Source: Planctomycetota bacterium (lineage in GTDB: Bacteria > Planctomycetota > Planctomycetia > Gemmatales > Gemmataceae). Taken from it: DNA of 64,000 bases. Numbering within the stretch: the first letter of the stretch is position 1; the number at the start of each line of letters is the position of its first letter. Where the stretch lies: NCBI GenBank assembly GCA_017306025.1, contig JAFKJJ010000540.1, positions 1,640 to 65,639 of the forward strand, written 5' to 3'. A program made the position numbers and the translations under genes. Below, piece after piece: positions 49,737 to 59,415 of this stretch. The notes beneath the pieces were generated by a model. The model worked only from the letters and a program-made list of their open reading frames with translations. It was not told the DNA's origin and ran no database searches.

Positions 49737-49807
49737 CGTAACTCGGAGCGCGGAACGAAAGCCAACCGGGCCATTGTATTGCCTTTCGTTCCGCGCTCCG
49801 AGTTACG
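49737..49807. repeat. Palindromic intergenic element (25-bp perfect arms)
   Basis: CGTAACTCGGAGCGCGGAACGAAAG / CTTTCGTTCCGCGCTCCGAGTTACG. Confidence 0.8.
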
Positions 49808-49820
49808 CATCCCGCGCTGA

Positions 49821-50162
49821 TTACGAGGTGGGGCCGGCGAGCAATTTCACGCCGGACGAGTACCGCGGGGCGAGGACGCGCTTCACCTCGTCCATGTTGA
49901 ACCGTGTGCGGTCCTTCACCCGGAACCGCGCCTGGCGCCTCTTCGAGTCGGTCTTGATCGTTTCGGAGTCTACCCACGGCAGACTGATGAGCGCCGCGCT
50001 GACGCTCGCGGGGCACGTCGCTCAGGTCATGCCCGGCACCTTGATGACCACCTGATCCGGCCCGTCGGTGGGCATCGGGTCGTCCGAGCCGCGCGGGGGC
50101 GGCTCGCACCCGAACAGGCCCAGCGCCACCGCGCCCACAAGTAACCCGCGCCGCGTCCGCAT
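49821..50162 (-). CDS. Candidate selenocysteine-containing HMA-domain lipoprotein (UxxC), 113 aa, read through in-frame TGA at 50022-50024
   Basis: [19 protein letters not shown] lipobox; VVIKVPGMT[TGA][17 protein letters not shown] aligns with HMA GMTCxxC...V..AL..L.GV; frame stays open with high-GC3 codons for 66 more sense codons to TAA. Confidence 0.75.
49988..50024 (-). promoter_or_regulatory. Putative bacterial SECIS-like stem-loop directly 3' of the UGA
   Basis: UGAGCG...CGCUCA lower stem, CCGC/GCGG + GC/GC upper stem, GUCA apical loop whose G lies 18 nt after the UGA (folded by eye). Confidence 0.5.
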
Positions 50163-50281
50163 CACTTCGCCTCACGAGGGGGACACCCGTCATCATACGC
50201 GACGCGGGCGCCGCGCCTTACTCACTTGTTCCCGCTCTTTGTCGCGAGTACGCTTCAACTCACCCCACCCGGAGCTGCCAA

Positions 50282-52336
50282 ATGCGCGCACTTCTCCTCA
50301 CCGCCGGCGCCCTCGTACTCACAGGCGGGTTCGTGGCCGCGCCACCGTCACCCCCGCAACTGCTCGGCGTGTTCCCGCCCGGCGCGAGGGCCGGCGAGAC
50401 GGTGGAACTCACGTTCTCCGGCCACGGTTTCGACGGCGGCGAGAAGTTACTCTTCAGTGCGAAGGGCTTCTCCGCCGAACAGGTCGGCTCCGCGACCGCG
50501 ACGAAGGCCCAGCAGGGGCAGCCGACGTCCGCGGTGAAGTTCAAGTTAACCGTTCCGAAGGACGCAACCGGAACGCACGACGTTCGGGTCGTGGGCAAGA
50601 ACGGCCTGTCGAACCCGCGCGCGTTCGTCGTCGGCGACGCCACGGACGTTAACGAGACCGAACCGAACAACGACGTGGGCCAGGCGCAGAAGATCGAGTT
50701 GGAAACGGCCGTGAACGGCGTCATCGGCGCGCCGACCGACGTCGATTTCGTCACGTTCAAAGCGAAGGCGGGGCAAAACGTCGTCGTGTACTGCCTGACG
50801 ACGAGCATCGACAGCAAGATGCAGGCCGACATCATGGTGAGCGGGCCAGACGGCAAGCAACTCGCATCGAACCGCGGCTACCGCGGCGGCGACGCGGTTC
50901 TCGACTTCAAGCCGCCGGCCGACGGCGATTACTTCGTTCGCGTGTCGCAGTTCGCATACACCACCGGCGGCTTCGACCACTTCTATCGGCTCACCGTGAC
51001 GACGAAACCGTGGGTTCCGGCCGTGTTTCCGCCACTCATCGAAACGAAGACCGCGGCCGTGTCGAGCCGGTCCGTCGCGCCGACCGCCGCGATGATCGAC
51101 GCTTCCGAACGGCCCGGCGCGGTGGGCGGCAACCCGTTGCTCGCCGCGTCGAATCCGCTCACCCTCGACAACGAGAAAAACGGCACCGCAGACGCCGCGC
51201 AGGAAGTAAAGGTGCCGTGCGATATCGCCGGACGCATCGCGAAGAAGGCCGAGCGGCACTGGTACAGCTTCAAGGCGAAGAAGGGCGACGTCTGGACGCT
51301 CGAAGTGTTCGCGGAGCGCATCGGCTCGCCGGTGGACGCGTACTTCGTCCTCACGGACGAGAAGGGCAAGGTGATCGTCGAGCAGGACGACGGCGCGGAC
51401 ACGCTCAGCCCGAACCAGTTCTACACGAAAGGTGACGACCCCGCGCGCTACCGCTTCAGTGTGCCCGCGGACGGCACCTACCGGGTGATGGTGTCCACAC
51501 GAGAGGCGGGGGTGCAGTTCGGCGTGCGCGATCAGTACGTGCTGCGGATCGCGAAGGAGAACCCCGACTTCCGACTCGCGGTGATGCCGCTGACGCCACA
51601 CATCCCGGACGGCGGGACGCTCGCGAAGGGCGGCGCCGCGGCGTTCGCGGTGTTCGTGTTCCGCTTCGACGGCTTCAGCGACGCGATCGAGCTTTCCGCG
51701 GACGATCTCCCGAAGGGCGTGACGTGCCCGAAGCAGGTCGTCGGGCCGGGACAGACCCGCGGCACGCTCGTGCTGGTCGCGGACAAGGACGCGGAGGACT
51801 GGGAGGGTTTCGTCACGATCCGCGCGACGTCGGGCGAACGGACGCACACCGCCCGACCGTTCACGGTGACGTGGCCCGCGGTCGGCGTTCAGCAGAATCA
51901 GGTTCCGAACGCCCCGATGATCGCGCGCATGAACCGCGGCCCCGGGATGGCGCTCGCGGTCCGCGGCACGGCGCCGTTCGCACTCACGCCGACCGACACG
52001 AAATTGACCGCGAAGGCGGGCGGAAAGGTCGAGGTGACGCTGAAGGTGTCGCGCGACGCGAAGTACAAGGACCCGATCGCGGTCGTCGCCGCGACCCCGA
52101 ACTTCGGCCCGCGCCCGCAGGGCAACAACCCGTTCCCGCCGGTCGGCACGGCGCAGCCGAACAGCAGCGAGTTGAAGGTGAACGTCGACGTGCCGAACAA
52201 CCTGCCGCCGGGCACGCACACGCTGGTGCTCCGCGGGCAGAGCGCGAACCCGCCGCCGAAGGGCGGGAACAACGCCCCGTTGCGCGTCGTGCCGACGTTC
52301 GCGGCGCTGCCGATTACGGTGACGGTAACGAAATAG
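50282..52336 (+). CDS. PPC-domain (pre-peptidase C-terminal-like) secreted planctomycete protein
   Basis: VFPPGARAG, GLSNPRAFVVG, ETEPNND, NGVI....DVD, AERIGSPVD, PDFRL. Confidence 0.85.
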   Translation: MRALLLTAGALVLTGGFVAAPPSPPQLLGVFPPGARAGETVELTFSGHGFDGGEKLLFSAKGFSAEQVGSATATKAQQGQPTSAVKFKLTVPKDATGTHDVRVVGKNGLSNPRAFVVGDATDVNETEPNNDVGQAQKIELETAVNGVIGAPTDVDFVTFKAKAGQNVVVYCLTTSIDSKMQADIMVSGPDGKQLASNRGYRGGDAVLDFKPPADGDYFVRVSQFAYTTGGFDHFYRLTVTTKPWVPAVFPPLIETKTAAVSSRSVAPTAAMIDASERPGAVGGNPLLAASNPLTLDNEKNGTADAAQEVKVPCDIAGRIAKKAERHWYSFKAKKGDVWTLEVFAERIGSPVDAYFVLTDEKGKVIVEQDDGADTLSPNQFYTKGDDPARYRFSVPADGTYRVMVSTREAGVQFGVRDQYVLRIAKENPDFRLAVMPLTPHIPDGGTLAKGGAAAFAVFVFRFDGFSDAIELSADDLPKGVTCPKQVVGPGQTRGTLVLVADKDAEDWEGFVTIRATSGERTHTARPFTVTWPAVGVQQNQVPNAPMIARMNRGPGMALAVRGTAPFALTPTDTKLTAKAGGKVEVTLKVSRDAKYKDPIAVVAATPNFGPRPQGNNPFPPVGTAQPNSSELKVNVDVPNNLPPGTHTLVLRGQSANPPPKGGNNAPLRVVPTFAALPITVTVTK

Positions 52337-52858
52337 TTACCCGTACTTCGCCTTGTGCGCGGCCTTCCGGCGCGCGTAGACCGCGTCCGCCTCCACCCGC
52401 TTCCACGCGGCATAGAAGCTCGCGGCCGCTTTCGCCTTCACCGGGTCCTCTTCGAACGGCAGCACTCGGCCGTCGGGGCCGTACTTCCGCCCGCTCCGGT
52501 GGTTCGCGTACCGTCGGGCGCGGGTGTAGCCCATCTGAATGTACTTCCGCGCCATGTCCATACCGACAAAATCGCCGGCCGCCTTATAGGCGCGGAACAG
52601 TCGGCAGATCGCCGCGGCCGACGCGCGCGCGGCCGCAGGCGTCGCGAACCGCCAGTGCGGCAGGATCTCGCTCTTGTACGGCTCGACGAGTAATACTCCC
52701 TCCTCGCCACGGCCGACACGGTACAGTTCCGGTCGGGCGCGGAAGTTGGTGGCGCGGAAGTCCAGCGAGTAGTCGAACGTAGGGCTGCGGTACGGAACGG
52801 GCCGCTTCAGCTTGTGTGCCGGCCGCGGTGCCCTTCGCCGAGGTGGTGTGTTCGCCAT
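52337..52858 (-). CDS. DUF4385 family protein
   Basis: YRVGRGEEGVLLVEPYKSEILPHWRF, DFVGMDMARKYIQMGYTRARRYANH. Confidence 0.9.
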   Translation of the reverse strand: MANTPPRRRAPRPAHKLKRPVPYRSPTFDYSLDFRATNFRARPELYRVGRGEEGVLLVEPYKSEILPHWRFATPAAARASAAAICRLFRAYKAAGDFVGMDMARKYIQMGYTRARRYANHRSGRKYGPDGRVLPFEEDPVKAKAAASFYAAWKRVEADAVYARRKAAHKAKYG

Positions 52859-53199
52859 GCGTCCCTCCGGTCGGGAGGAAGCATCTGGCGTGCCCCGCGC
52901 GCATTTTCTGGGGCAAGACGATCGTGACGGCACTTCGCCCGCACCAACGGACATCGCCCGTCGTCATGTCCGCTTCGATTGCGGCGCCGTCTGCCCCCGT
53001 CGACGTGCGTGAGGAAAGGGCGCGACCGAGTTCGGTCATCGCCGCGACCCCTTCGGGGTGCCCCGCTCGGCCGGCTACCCGCGGAAGGCGCCGCGGCGCC
53101 ATTCCCGCCGTACGCCGGTCCGGCTTCACCCGCCCTTCATCGGCCCACCGACACCCGCTACAGTTCCAACGTTCCCCTTCCACCAACCCACCCGACCGT

Positions 53200-53664
53200 A
53201 TGCAGCCGTCGTTCCCCGAACCGTACGAACACGACCACCCGCCCGTCCGCAACGTGAACGAGGTCGCCACCGCGGGCCTGACGTGGGGCGAGTGGGCGGC
53301 CGACCGCGTCGCCGGCGTGGTCGGGTCGTGGTGGTTCATCGGCCTTCAGTCCGCGCTGCTGCTGTTGTGGGCCGCGCTGAACGTGATCGCGTGGGTGGAG
53401 CACTGGGACCCGTACCCGTTCATCCTGATGAACCTGTTCCTCTCGCTCCAGGCCGCGTACACCGCGCCGATGATCATGATGAGCCAGAACCGGGTGGCCG
53501 CACTGGACCGGCTCCGGGCACAGAACGACTACGAGATCAACTTGAAGGCCGAGGAGGAGGTCCGCGTGGTGCTCGAACACCTGGAGGCGCAAAGTCACCT
53601 GCTGCGCGACTTGCAACGGGAAGTGCGTGAGCTGCGGGCGCAGCTCGCGAAGCCCGCGGAGTAG
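53200..53664 (+). CDS. DUF1003 membrane protein
   Basis: ADRVA..VGSW.FI, WDPYPFILMNLFLS.QAAYTAPMIMMSQNR, DYEINLKAE. Confidence 0.92.
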   Translation: MQPSFPEPYEHDHPPVRNVNEVATAGLTWGEWAADRVAGVVGSWWFIGLQSALLLLWAALNVIAWVEHWDPYPFILMNLFLSLQAAYTAPMIMMSQNRVAALDRLRAQNDYEINLKAEEEVRVVLEHLEAQSHLLRDLQREVRELRAQLAKPAE

Positions 53665-53666
53665 TG

Positions 53667-54257
53667 CTACGCCCCGAACGCCGCGAGCCGCGCGAGCAAC
53701 CGCTCCTTCACCCCCGGCCAGTCGGCCCGGGTGATGCCGAACACGACCGTGTCGCGGACGCGCCCGCCACGCGTGATCGCGTGCGACCGCAGGACGCCCT
53801 CGCGGGCCGCGCCGAGCTTCGCGATCGCTGCCTGCGACCGTGTGTTCAAAAGGTCGGTGACCAGTTGCACGCGGTTCAGCCCGAGCGCGTCGAACGCGTG
53901 CGCCATCAGGAGCAGTTTGCACTCCGGGTTGACCGGTCCGGCCCACCGGTCCGGCCGGTACCACGTCCACCCGATCTCGACGCGCCTGTGTTGCGCGTTC
54001 GGCTCAATGTAGCTCGTCGCACCGATCGGCTCGCCGTTCGAAAGCAGCCGCACCGCGTAGGGCAGCCGCTTCCCCGCGGCGCGCTGGGCGATTCCGTCGT
54101 CGAACCACGGGTCGAACTCCGGTCCGCGGCCGCCCGCGGGCATGAACTGCCACACGCGGTCGTCGTCGGAGGCGGCCCGCAGCGGCTCGCGGTGCTCCTC
54201 CGCGAGCGGTTCGAGCCGCACCCACCGCCCGGTCAAAACCGGCGCCGTGATTTCCAT
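53667..54257 (-). CDS. GNAT family N-acetyltransferase (RimJ/RimL type)
   Basis: VEIGWTW, N.ECKLLL..HAF, N.RSQ.AI.KLGA..EG.LR.H, RDTV. Confidence 0.92.
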   Translation of the reverse strand: MEITAPVLTGRWVRLEPLAEEHREPLRAASDDDRVWQFMPAGGRGPEFDPWFDDGIAQRAAGKRLPYAVRLLSNGEPIGATSYIEPNAQHRRVEIGWTWYRPDRWAGPVNPECKLLLMAHAFDALGLNRVQLVTDLLNTRSQAAIAKLGAAREGVLRSHAITRGGRVRDTVVFGITRADWPGVKERLLARLAAFGA

Positions 54258-54265
54258 ACGCGCTC

Positions 54266-56329
54266 CTACTTCTGCTTCAACAGCTCGGCGACGCCGCGGA
54301 CGGTCACCTCGTCCCCCTCGCGGGTCCGCTTGAGGAGCGCGGCGGCGGTGCCGGTGTGGTTGAACATGACGCCCTCCACGTCCGGCAGCCGGAGCAGTTC
54401 CTTACCGTCCGGAACCGAGTACGCCACGCCGACCGCCTCCGTGATCAGCTTATTTCCGTTCCGCCTCTGTTCCGTTCCGCACACCACCAACAGCCCGCTA
54501 TCGGGCGAGAAGGCAAGGTAGTGCGCCTCGGCGGGATGCTCCTGGCTCAGCGTGAGGGCCGCCGACTTCTTGCCGGTCTCCGCGTCCCACACCCACGCGA
54601 CGGCGCCCTTGGTGGCCCCGGTGTTGCGCATCGTGGCGATGCGCTTGCCGTCGGGCGAGAAGGTCGCGAACCGGACCGGACCGTCTCCCTCCAGCTTTCG
54701 CTCCTCTTTGCCGGTGGCCGCGTCCCACACCCGGACCGCGAAGTTCGTTTCGGCGGCGTGCGCCCAGGTGAGGAGCTTGTCCCCGGACCGGGAGAACGCG
54801 GCCTCGGTCAACTTGGACCCCGGCGGCTTGATCTCGGTTCGCGCCTTGCCCGTTTTCGTGTCGAAGAGTTGCACGACACCGAGATTATTGCCGACCGCGA
54901 GCGTCTTTCCGTCGGGCGAAAACTCGGCCGCGTAGAACGTCTCGTCCGCCCGCCGCGCGAGCGCGAACGCGCGCTTGCCGGTGTCCGTGTGCCACACGTT
55001 TACCTCGCTGATCACCTCCTTCTCGAACGCGCAACTGCGGGTCAGTAGCAGCTTGCCGTCCGGCGAAAAGTAGACGTCGGTCGCGATCGGGTGCGGGACC
55101 GACGCGCGTACCTTCCAGGTAGCGGTCTCCCACAGCGCCACCACGGCTTCGCCGGCGCAGGAGGCGGCGAACAACTTGCCGTCCGGCGAGAAGGCCAGCG
55201 CCGCCCCGACGCCGTCCGGCTTGGTGAACGTGCGCAGGTGCTTGCCGGTGGCCGCGTCCCAGACCGCGACGGCAGATTCCATGTCATCGCCCTTCGGCCG
55301 ACTGCCGGCGGTGACCAGCCACTTGCCGTCCGGTGAGAACCGCACTTCGTCCACCTGCGCGAGCCCGTGGTCCGCGGTGGGCAGCTTGTAGTTCGGGACC
55401 GGCGCCGGCGCGGCCTTCGGTATGGGCGCGGCCGCGAACCGCGGTGCCACGAGTGGCGCGGACGGCGGCGGATCGTTCCCTGAGGGGCCGCGGGAGGCGA
55501 GCGCCGCCCCGACCGCGATCGCGGCCAGCACTGCGACCGCCAGAACGACGGCCACGGGCCGGAGCGTGTCGACAGCCAGCGCGCGGAGCACTCCCCGCGC
55601 CAGCGCCGCGGTTGGTGCGGGTGCGGCTCCTTCCGTCCGGCCGGTCACGAAGGCGACGCCGGCCCGCGCCGTCGCGGCGACGCGTGCGGCGGTGAGCGCC
55701 GCCGGTTCTGCCACGACGGCCGCGACCGCGGCCCCGGCCAACCCGCGGCGCGTGAGCCGCGCCCGCAGGCGCTCGCGGGCGCGGGCCAGGCGCGACAGTA
55801 CCGTTCCCTTCGGACAGCCGAGTTGCGTCGCGGCTTCCGAATCGGTCCGCCCCTCCAGTTCGCATAGCACGAACGCCACCCGGAGCTTGTCCGGCAACCG
55901 GCCGATTTCCTCGTCGAGCACTGCGGCGGTGTCGTCCGGTAGTGGTTCGGCCGGCGCCGCAACTTCGGTCGGCGGGAATGGTTCGTGGCGCGTTCGGATC
56001 GCGGCGGCGCGGAGCCGGAGCGCCGACCGCAGCGCGACCCGGTGCAGCCAGCCGGGCAGCGATGCGCCGTGCCGAACGGAACCGGCCCGGAGGGCCAGTG
56101 CGAGGAACGCGGCCTGGAACGCGTCATCAGCGTCGGGGGACCGGCCGAGTACGCGCCGGCAGGTGCCCAGTACCATGCCGCCGTGCCGCCAGACGATGAG
56201 TTCGAAGGCGGCCTCGTCGCGAGTCTCGGCGAAGCGGCGGAGCAACTCCGCATCGGGCACTCCGGGCGCGTCCGGATCGACGAGCCGGGTGAGGGCCGCG
56301 GTCAGATCGGGTAGTGGTCGAGCGGTCAT
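54266..56329 (-). CDS. ECF sigma-70 factor with TM segment and C-terminal WD40 repeats (planctomycete type)
   Basis: AAFELIVWRHG.MV..CRRVL, DDAFQA.FL.L, WLHRVA, LC.LEG....EAA..LGCPKGTV.SRL.RAR; then FSPDGK repeats. Confidence 0.92.
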   Translation of the reverse strand: MTARPLPDLTAALTRLVDPDAPGVPDAELLRRFAETRDEAAFELIVWRHGGMVLGTCRRVLGRSPDADDAFQAAFLALALRAGSVRHGASLPGWLHRVALRSALRLRAAAIRTRHEPFPPTEVAAPAEPLPDDTAAVLDEEIGRLPDKLRVAFVLCELEGRTDSEAATQLGCPKGTVLSRLARARERLRARLTRRGLAGAAVAAVVAEPAALTAARVAATARAGVAFVTGRTEGAAPAPTAALARGVLRALAVDTLRPVAVVLAVAVLAAIAVGAALASRGPSGNDPPPSAPLVAPRFAAAPIPKAAPAPVPNYKLPTADHGLAQVDEVRFSPDGKWLVTAGSRPKGDDMESAVAVWDAATGKHLRTFTKPDGVGAALAFSPDGKLFAASCAGEAVVALWETATWKVRASVPHPIATDVYFSPDGKLLLTRSCAFEKEVISEVNVWHTDTGKRAFALARRADETFYAAEFSPDGKTLAVGNNLGVVQLFDTKTGKARTEIKPPGSKLTEAAFSRSGDKLLTWAHAAETNFAVRVWDAATGKEERKLEGDGPVRFATFSPDGKRIATMRNTGATKGAVAWVWDAETGKKSAALTLSQEHPAEAHYLAFSPDSGLLVVCGTEQRRNGNKLITEAVGVAYSVPDGKELLRLPDVEGVMFNHTGTAAALLKRTREGDEVTVRGVAELLKQK

Positions 56330-56436
56330 TCGCGATCTCCGGTGAGGGCGTCACCGGGATGTGCCTCCGGGGCGCGAAATGCTTCCGTGAATTATTTCGG
56401 CGCCCGTCGCTCGACCCCGACGGTCGAGATCGGGCG

Positions 56437-57084
56437 TCACGCGCTCGGTTCCGCCACGTGAACATACCGGCCGACGCCCGTGTTCGGAGACGGGTAGCGG
56501 ATGCCGAGTCGGCGCATGAAATCGACGTGGACCCAGTTGTTCGTCAGCGCGTACTCGTCGTCCGGGAACGCCCGCCCGGGGGCCTCGTCCCAGCCGATCT
56601 GTCGGATGTATGGGGCGATCGTCTCGGATGGCACTCCGAATGCCGCCGCCACGGCACCGACGTTTCCGCCCGGGTTCGGGCGCTGCTCGGGGGTGTCCGG
56701 CGGCTGGCTCCAGAACCGATCGACGCACGTCCCGTTCGCGGCCACCTCGTATCCCCACGCGTCCTGAACCATGCTGAACAGGATGACCGGACCGGCGCCG
56801 CGGCGCGACAGCTCGTAGGCGACTGTGTCGGCGTCGATCAGCCCGAGCGTCCGCGCGTAACCGCTCGCCAGGAGAGCCCCGAACCACCCGTTCCCCGATG
56901 GGGCCAGGTAGCAGAGGAGATGGTCGAGAATGCCGCTGACCGTCCCGGTCGCGCGGTCCCACCGCTGGTCCGGGAGGTCGGTCACTTCCCACCCCTTCGC
57001 CCGCGCCGCGGCGCGGAACAGCGCCTCGCCGCCCTGCCCTGTCTTCCAGAAGAGCGAGCCGTGAACGCCATGATGTTCGCTCAT
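56437..57084 (-). CDS. Hypothetical protein
   Basis: MSEHHGVHGS.. start overlaps the PhyH gene stop (ATGA); C-terminal DFMRRLGIRYP. Confidence 0.65.
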   Translation of the reverse strand: MSEHHGVHGSLFWKTGQGGEALFRAAARAKGWEVTDLPDQRWDRATGTVSGILDHLLCYLAPSGNGWFGALLASGYARTLGLIDADTVAYELSRRGAGPVILFSMVQDAWGYEVAANGTCVDRFWSQPPDTPEQRPNPGGNVGAVAAAFGVPSETIAPYIRQIGWDEAPGRAFPDDEYALTNNWVHVDFMRRLGIRYPSPNTGVGRYVHVAEPSA

Positions 57085-57914
57085 TCCTCGGTGGGGCGCG
57101 GGCGGTTGCCCCAGTGCGGGGGTTGCTCGCCCGCGACAACGACGCCCTTGTCCTGCCAGCCCATGTACGCGCGCACGTCGCCGGGGGTGTAGCGGAGCGT
57201 CAGCCCGCAACGGCGCCGGTCGCTCGTGTTCGCGTCCGAGCCGTGGAGGAGCAGGTCCGAGTGGAGCGACGCCTCCCCGGCCTTCAGTTCCACGAACACC
57301 GGCGCCCCGTACTTCTCGACGTCCGGCACGGTCTGGTTGAGCACATTCGTCGGGTCGCTCTCGCTCAGCTTGTACGTGAGGTGGCCGAGCACGTGGGTGC
57401 CGGGGATGTACTTCATGCACGCGTTGCCGCGGTCCGCGTCGTCGATGGCGAGCCACACGGTAACCGCCTTGCTCGGCGTGAGCGGCCAGTAGCTCGCGTC
57501 CTGGTGCCAGCTCACCGTCTTGCCGTCCCCCGGCATCTTGCAGAAAAAGTGCGAACCCCAGGCCACAACGTTCGAACCCAGGAGGTCCGACACGATCGCC
57601 ACGATCCGCGGGTTGGTGAGCACGTCCCAGACGCGCCCGTGCCGCAGGTGCGCCGAGCTGATCGAGTAGCTGTCCTTACCTTCCGACATGTACTTCGCGA
57701 GCAAGTTGTCGAAATATGAACGGAGCGCCCCCACCTCGGCGTCGTCGAAGATGCGGAACGGCATGAGGTAGCCGCCGCGGTTGAAGCGCTCGACCTGCTC
57801 GGGCGTCAGCACCTTCGGGTCGGTGTTGGCGGACGGGTGGAACGACAGGTCACGCTCGACCTGCTGGAGATCGTCCTGTCCGGGGATCGGCTGGAACGAA
57901 GTCGGCGGATTCAT
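57081..57914 (-). CDS. Phytanoyl-CoA dioxygenase (PhyH) family Fe(II)/2-OG enzyme
   Basis: FFCKMPG, WHQDASYW, VWLAIDD, IPGTH, LHGS.AN.S.RRR.G. Confidence 0.92.
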   Translation of the reverse strand: MNPPTSFQPIPGQDDLQQVERDLSFHPSANTDPKVLTPEQVERFNRGGYLMPFRIFDDAEVGALRSYFDNLLAKYMSEGKDSYSISSAHLRHGRVWDVLTNPRIVAIVSDLLGSNVVAWGSHFFCKMPGDGKTVSWHQDASYWPLTPSKAVTVWLAIDDADRGNACMKYIPGTHVLGHLTYKLSESDPTNVLNQTVPDVEKYGAPVFVELKAGEASLHSDLLLHGSDANTSDRRRCGLTLRYTPGDVRAYMGWQDKGVVVAGEQPPHWGNRPRPTEE

Positions 57915-58034
57915 CGCGGGGTCTCGCGGGAGGGGTCGAAGGGTGCCGGGAATTTTACACCGCGGTCCGGATCGCGTCTTGTGGGCGCGGGCGGATCGCT
58001 CCTACGATGGCGCAAAAGGCAAAAGGTGGCCCCG

Positions 58035-58679
58035 ATGAGTGACGAAGCGGACCTGATCGGGCTGGACGACCTCCCCGACGACGCCCGGGCCGTGGTGGAC
58101 GCGGCCGAGCGGTCGGTGGCGGAGGTGCGCGAGCGCGCCGACCGCGAGTCCGCCGCGATCCGCGCCGCGGCCGACCGCGAGTGCGAGTCCGTCCGCGCCC
58201 GCGCCGAGAGCGAACTGGCCGCGGTGCAGCAGGCGGCCACGCGCGAACTCGCCCCGCTCGTCCGCGGCCTGCTCGACCAGCTCCGCGAGCTCCAGCAGAA
58301 GTACGTGCGCGAGGGGCTGCTCGACGAGGCGCTGGCCATTCGGGCGCGTGTCCGGCAGCTCCGCGGCGATCTGCTCGGCGTCCGCCCCGATCCCGGCACG
58401 CTGACCGAGTTCAGCGCCGCGGACGCCGGCCGCACGGTCCTGTTCGAGGTGGTGGGCCGCACCGACGGCAGCGCGTGGGGCACGGACGTCTACACGGCCG
58501 ACTCGCGGCTGGCGGTGGCCGCGGTTCACGCCGGGGCCGTGCGCGAGGGCGAGCGCGGGCTGGTCCGCGTCACCATCGCGGACGGCGCCGACCGCAACTA
58601 CGCCGGCACCGACCGCAACGGCGTGGTCACGTTCGATTACGCCAACTACCCGGTGGCCTTCCGCTTGGAGCGTGTTTAG
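58035..58679 (+). CDS. LCCL domain protein with N-terminal coiled coil
   Basis: WGTDVYTADS.LAVAAVHAG, Y.GT.RNGV. Confidence 0.85.
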   Translation: MSDEADLIGLDDLPDDARAVVDAAERSVAEVRERADRESAAIRAAADRECESVRARAESELAAVQQAATRELAPLVRGLLDQLRELQQKYVREGLLDEALAIRARVRQLRGDLLGVRPDPGTLTEFSAADAGRTVLFEVVGRTDGSAWGTDVYTADSRLAVAAVHAGAVREGERGLVRVTIADGADRNYAGTDRNGVVTFDYANYPVAFRLERV

Positions 58680-58781
58680 TGTTCGGTGTTTGGTGTTTCG
58701 TCAGAAGGTGGTGGGCGGGCGGCTGTGGTTGGCGATCGAACGAAGTGCGAAATACCAAACACGAAATGCCGAACACCACGC
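58674..58781. repeat. Heptamer inverted tandem-repeat element, copy 3
   Basis: GTTTAGTGTTCGGTGTTTGGTGTTTCG ... CGAAATACCAAACACGAAATGCCGAACAC. Confidence 0.8.
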
Positions 58782-59393
58782 ATGAAGCACCCCGACTGGC
58801 CGGCGTTTCTCGCCGCGATCGTCGCCGAACCCGACGACGACACTCGCCGGCTCGTCGCCGCCGACTTCCTGGAAGAGCACGGCGAGCCGGACCGCGCCGC
58901 GTTCATCCGCGTACAGGTCGAACTGGCGCGCCTGGAGGGGTCGGAGCTGGGCCGGTCGGCCGCGGCCGTCGAATTGCGCAAGAAGGAGCGGGCGTTCCTC
59001 GGTCCGAAGGCGGTGTATTCGCACCTGTGGGCGGCCGAGGAGTGCCCGGAACTGGTTCGCGCCGACCCGCGCGGCCGCCTACACTTCGAGGGCGCCGACC
59101 GGCTGACGTGGCGGAGGGGTTTTGTAGACGAGGTGCGGTGCCCCGCGGCCGAGTGGCTGCGCCACGGCGCCGCGGTGCGGGCACGTAACCCGGTGTGCAG
59201 CGTGGTGCTCAGAGAGTGCGAGCGCCTGTCCCGTGACGCGTGGTACGCCGGCCTCGACGCGCTGCGCGGGCTGAGGGCGATTGATCTGGAACTCGACCGC
59301 ACCGACGACCCGAGCGCGACGGCCGTACCGGAACTCGCCGCCTGGCTCGGCCGGTGGCTGCCGGGAACCGAGGTCGTGTGGCTCCCGTTCTGA
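58782..59393 (+). CDS. TIGR02996 domain protein
   Basis: AFLAAIVAEPDDDTRRLVAADFLEEHGEPDRAAFIRVQVELA; WRRGFV. Confidence 0.92.
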   Translation: MKHPDWPAFLAAIVAEPDDDTRRLVAADFLEEHGEPDRAAFIRVQVELARLEGSELGRSAAAVELRKKERAFLGPKAVYSHLWAAEECPELVRADPRGRLHFEGADRLTWRRGFVDEVRCPAAEWLRHGAAVRARNPVCSVVLRECERLSRDAWYAGLDALRGLRAIDLELDRTDDPSATAVPELAAWLGRWLPGTEVVWLPF

Positions 59394-59415
59394 CCGGCTC
59401 CGGAACCGAAGCGCC

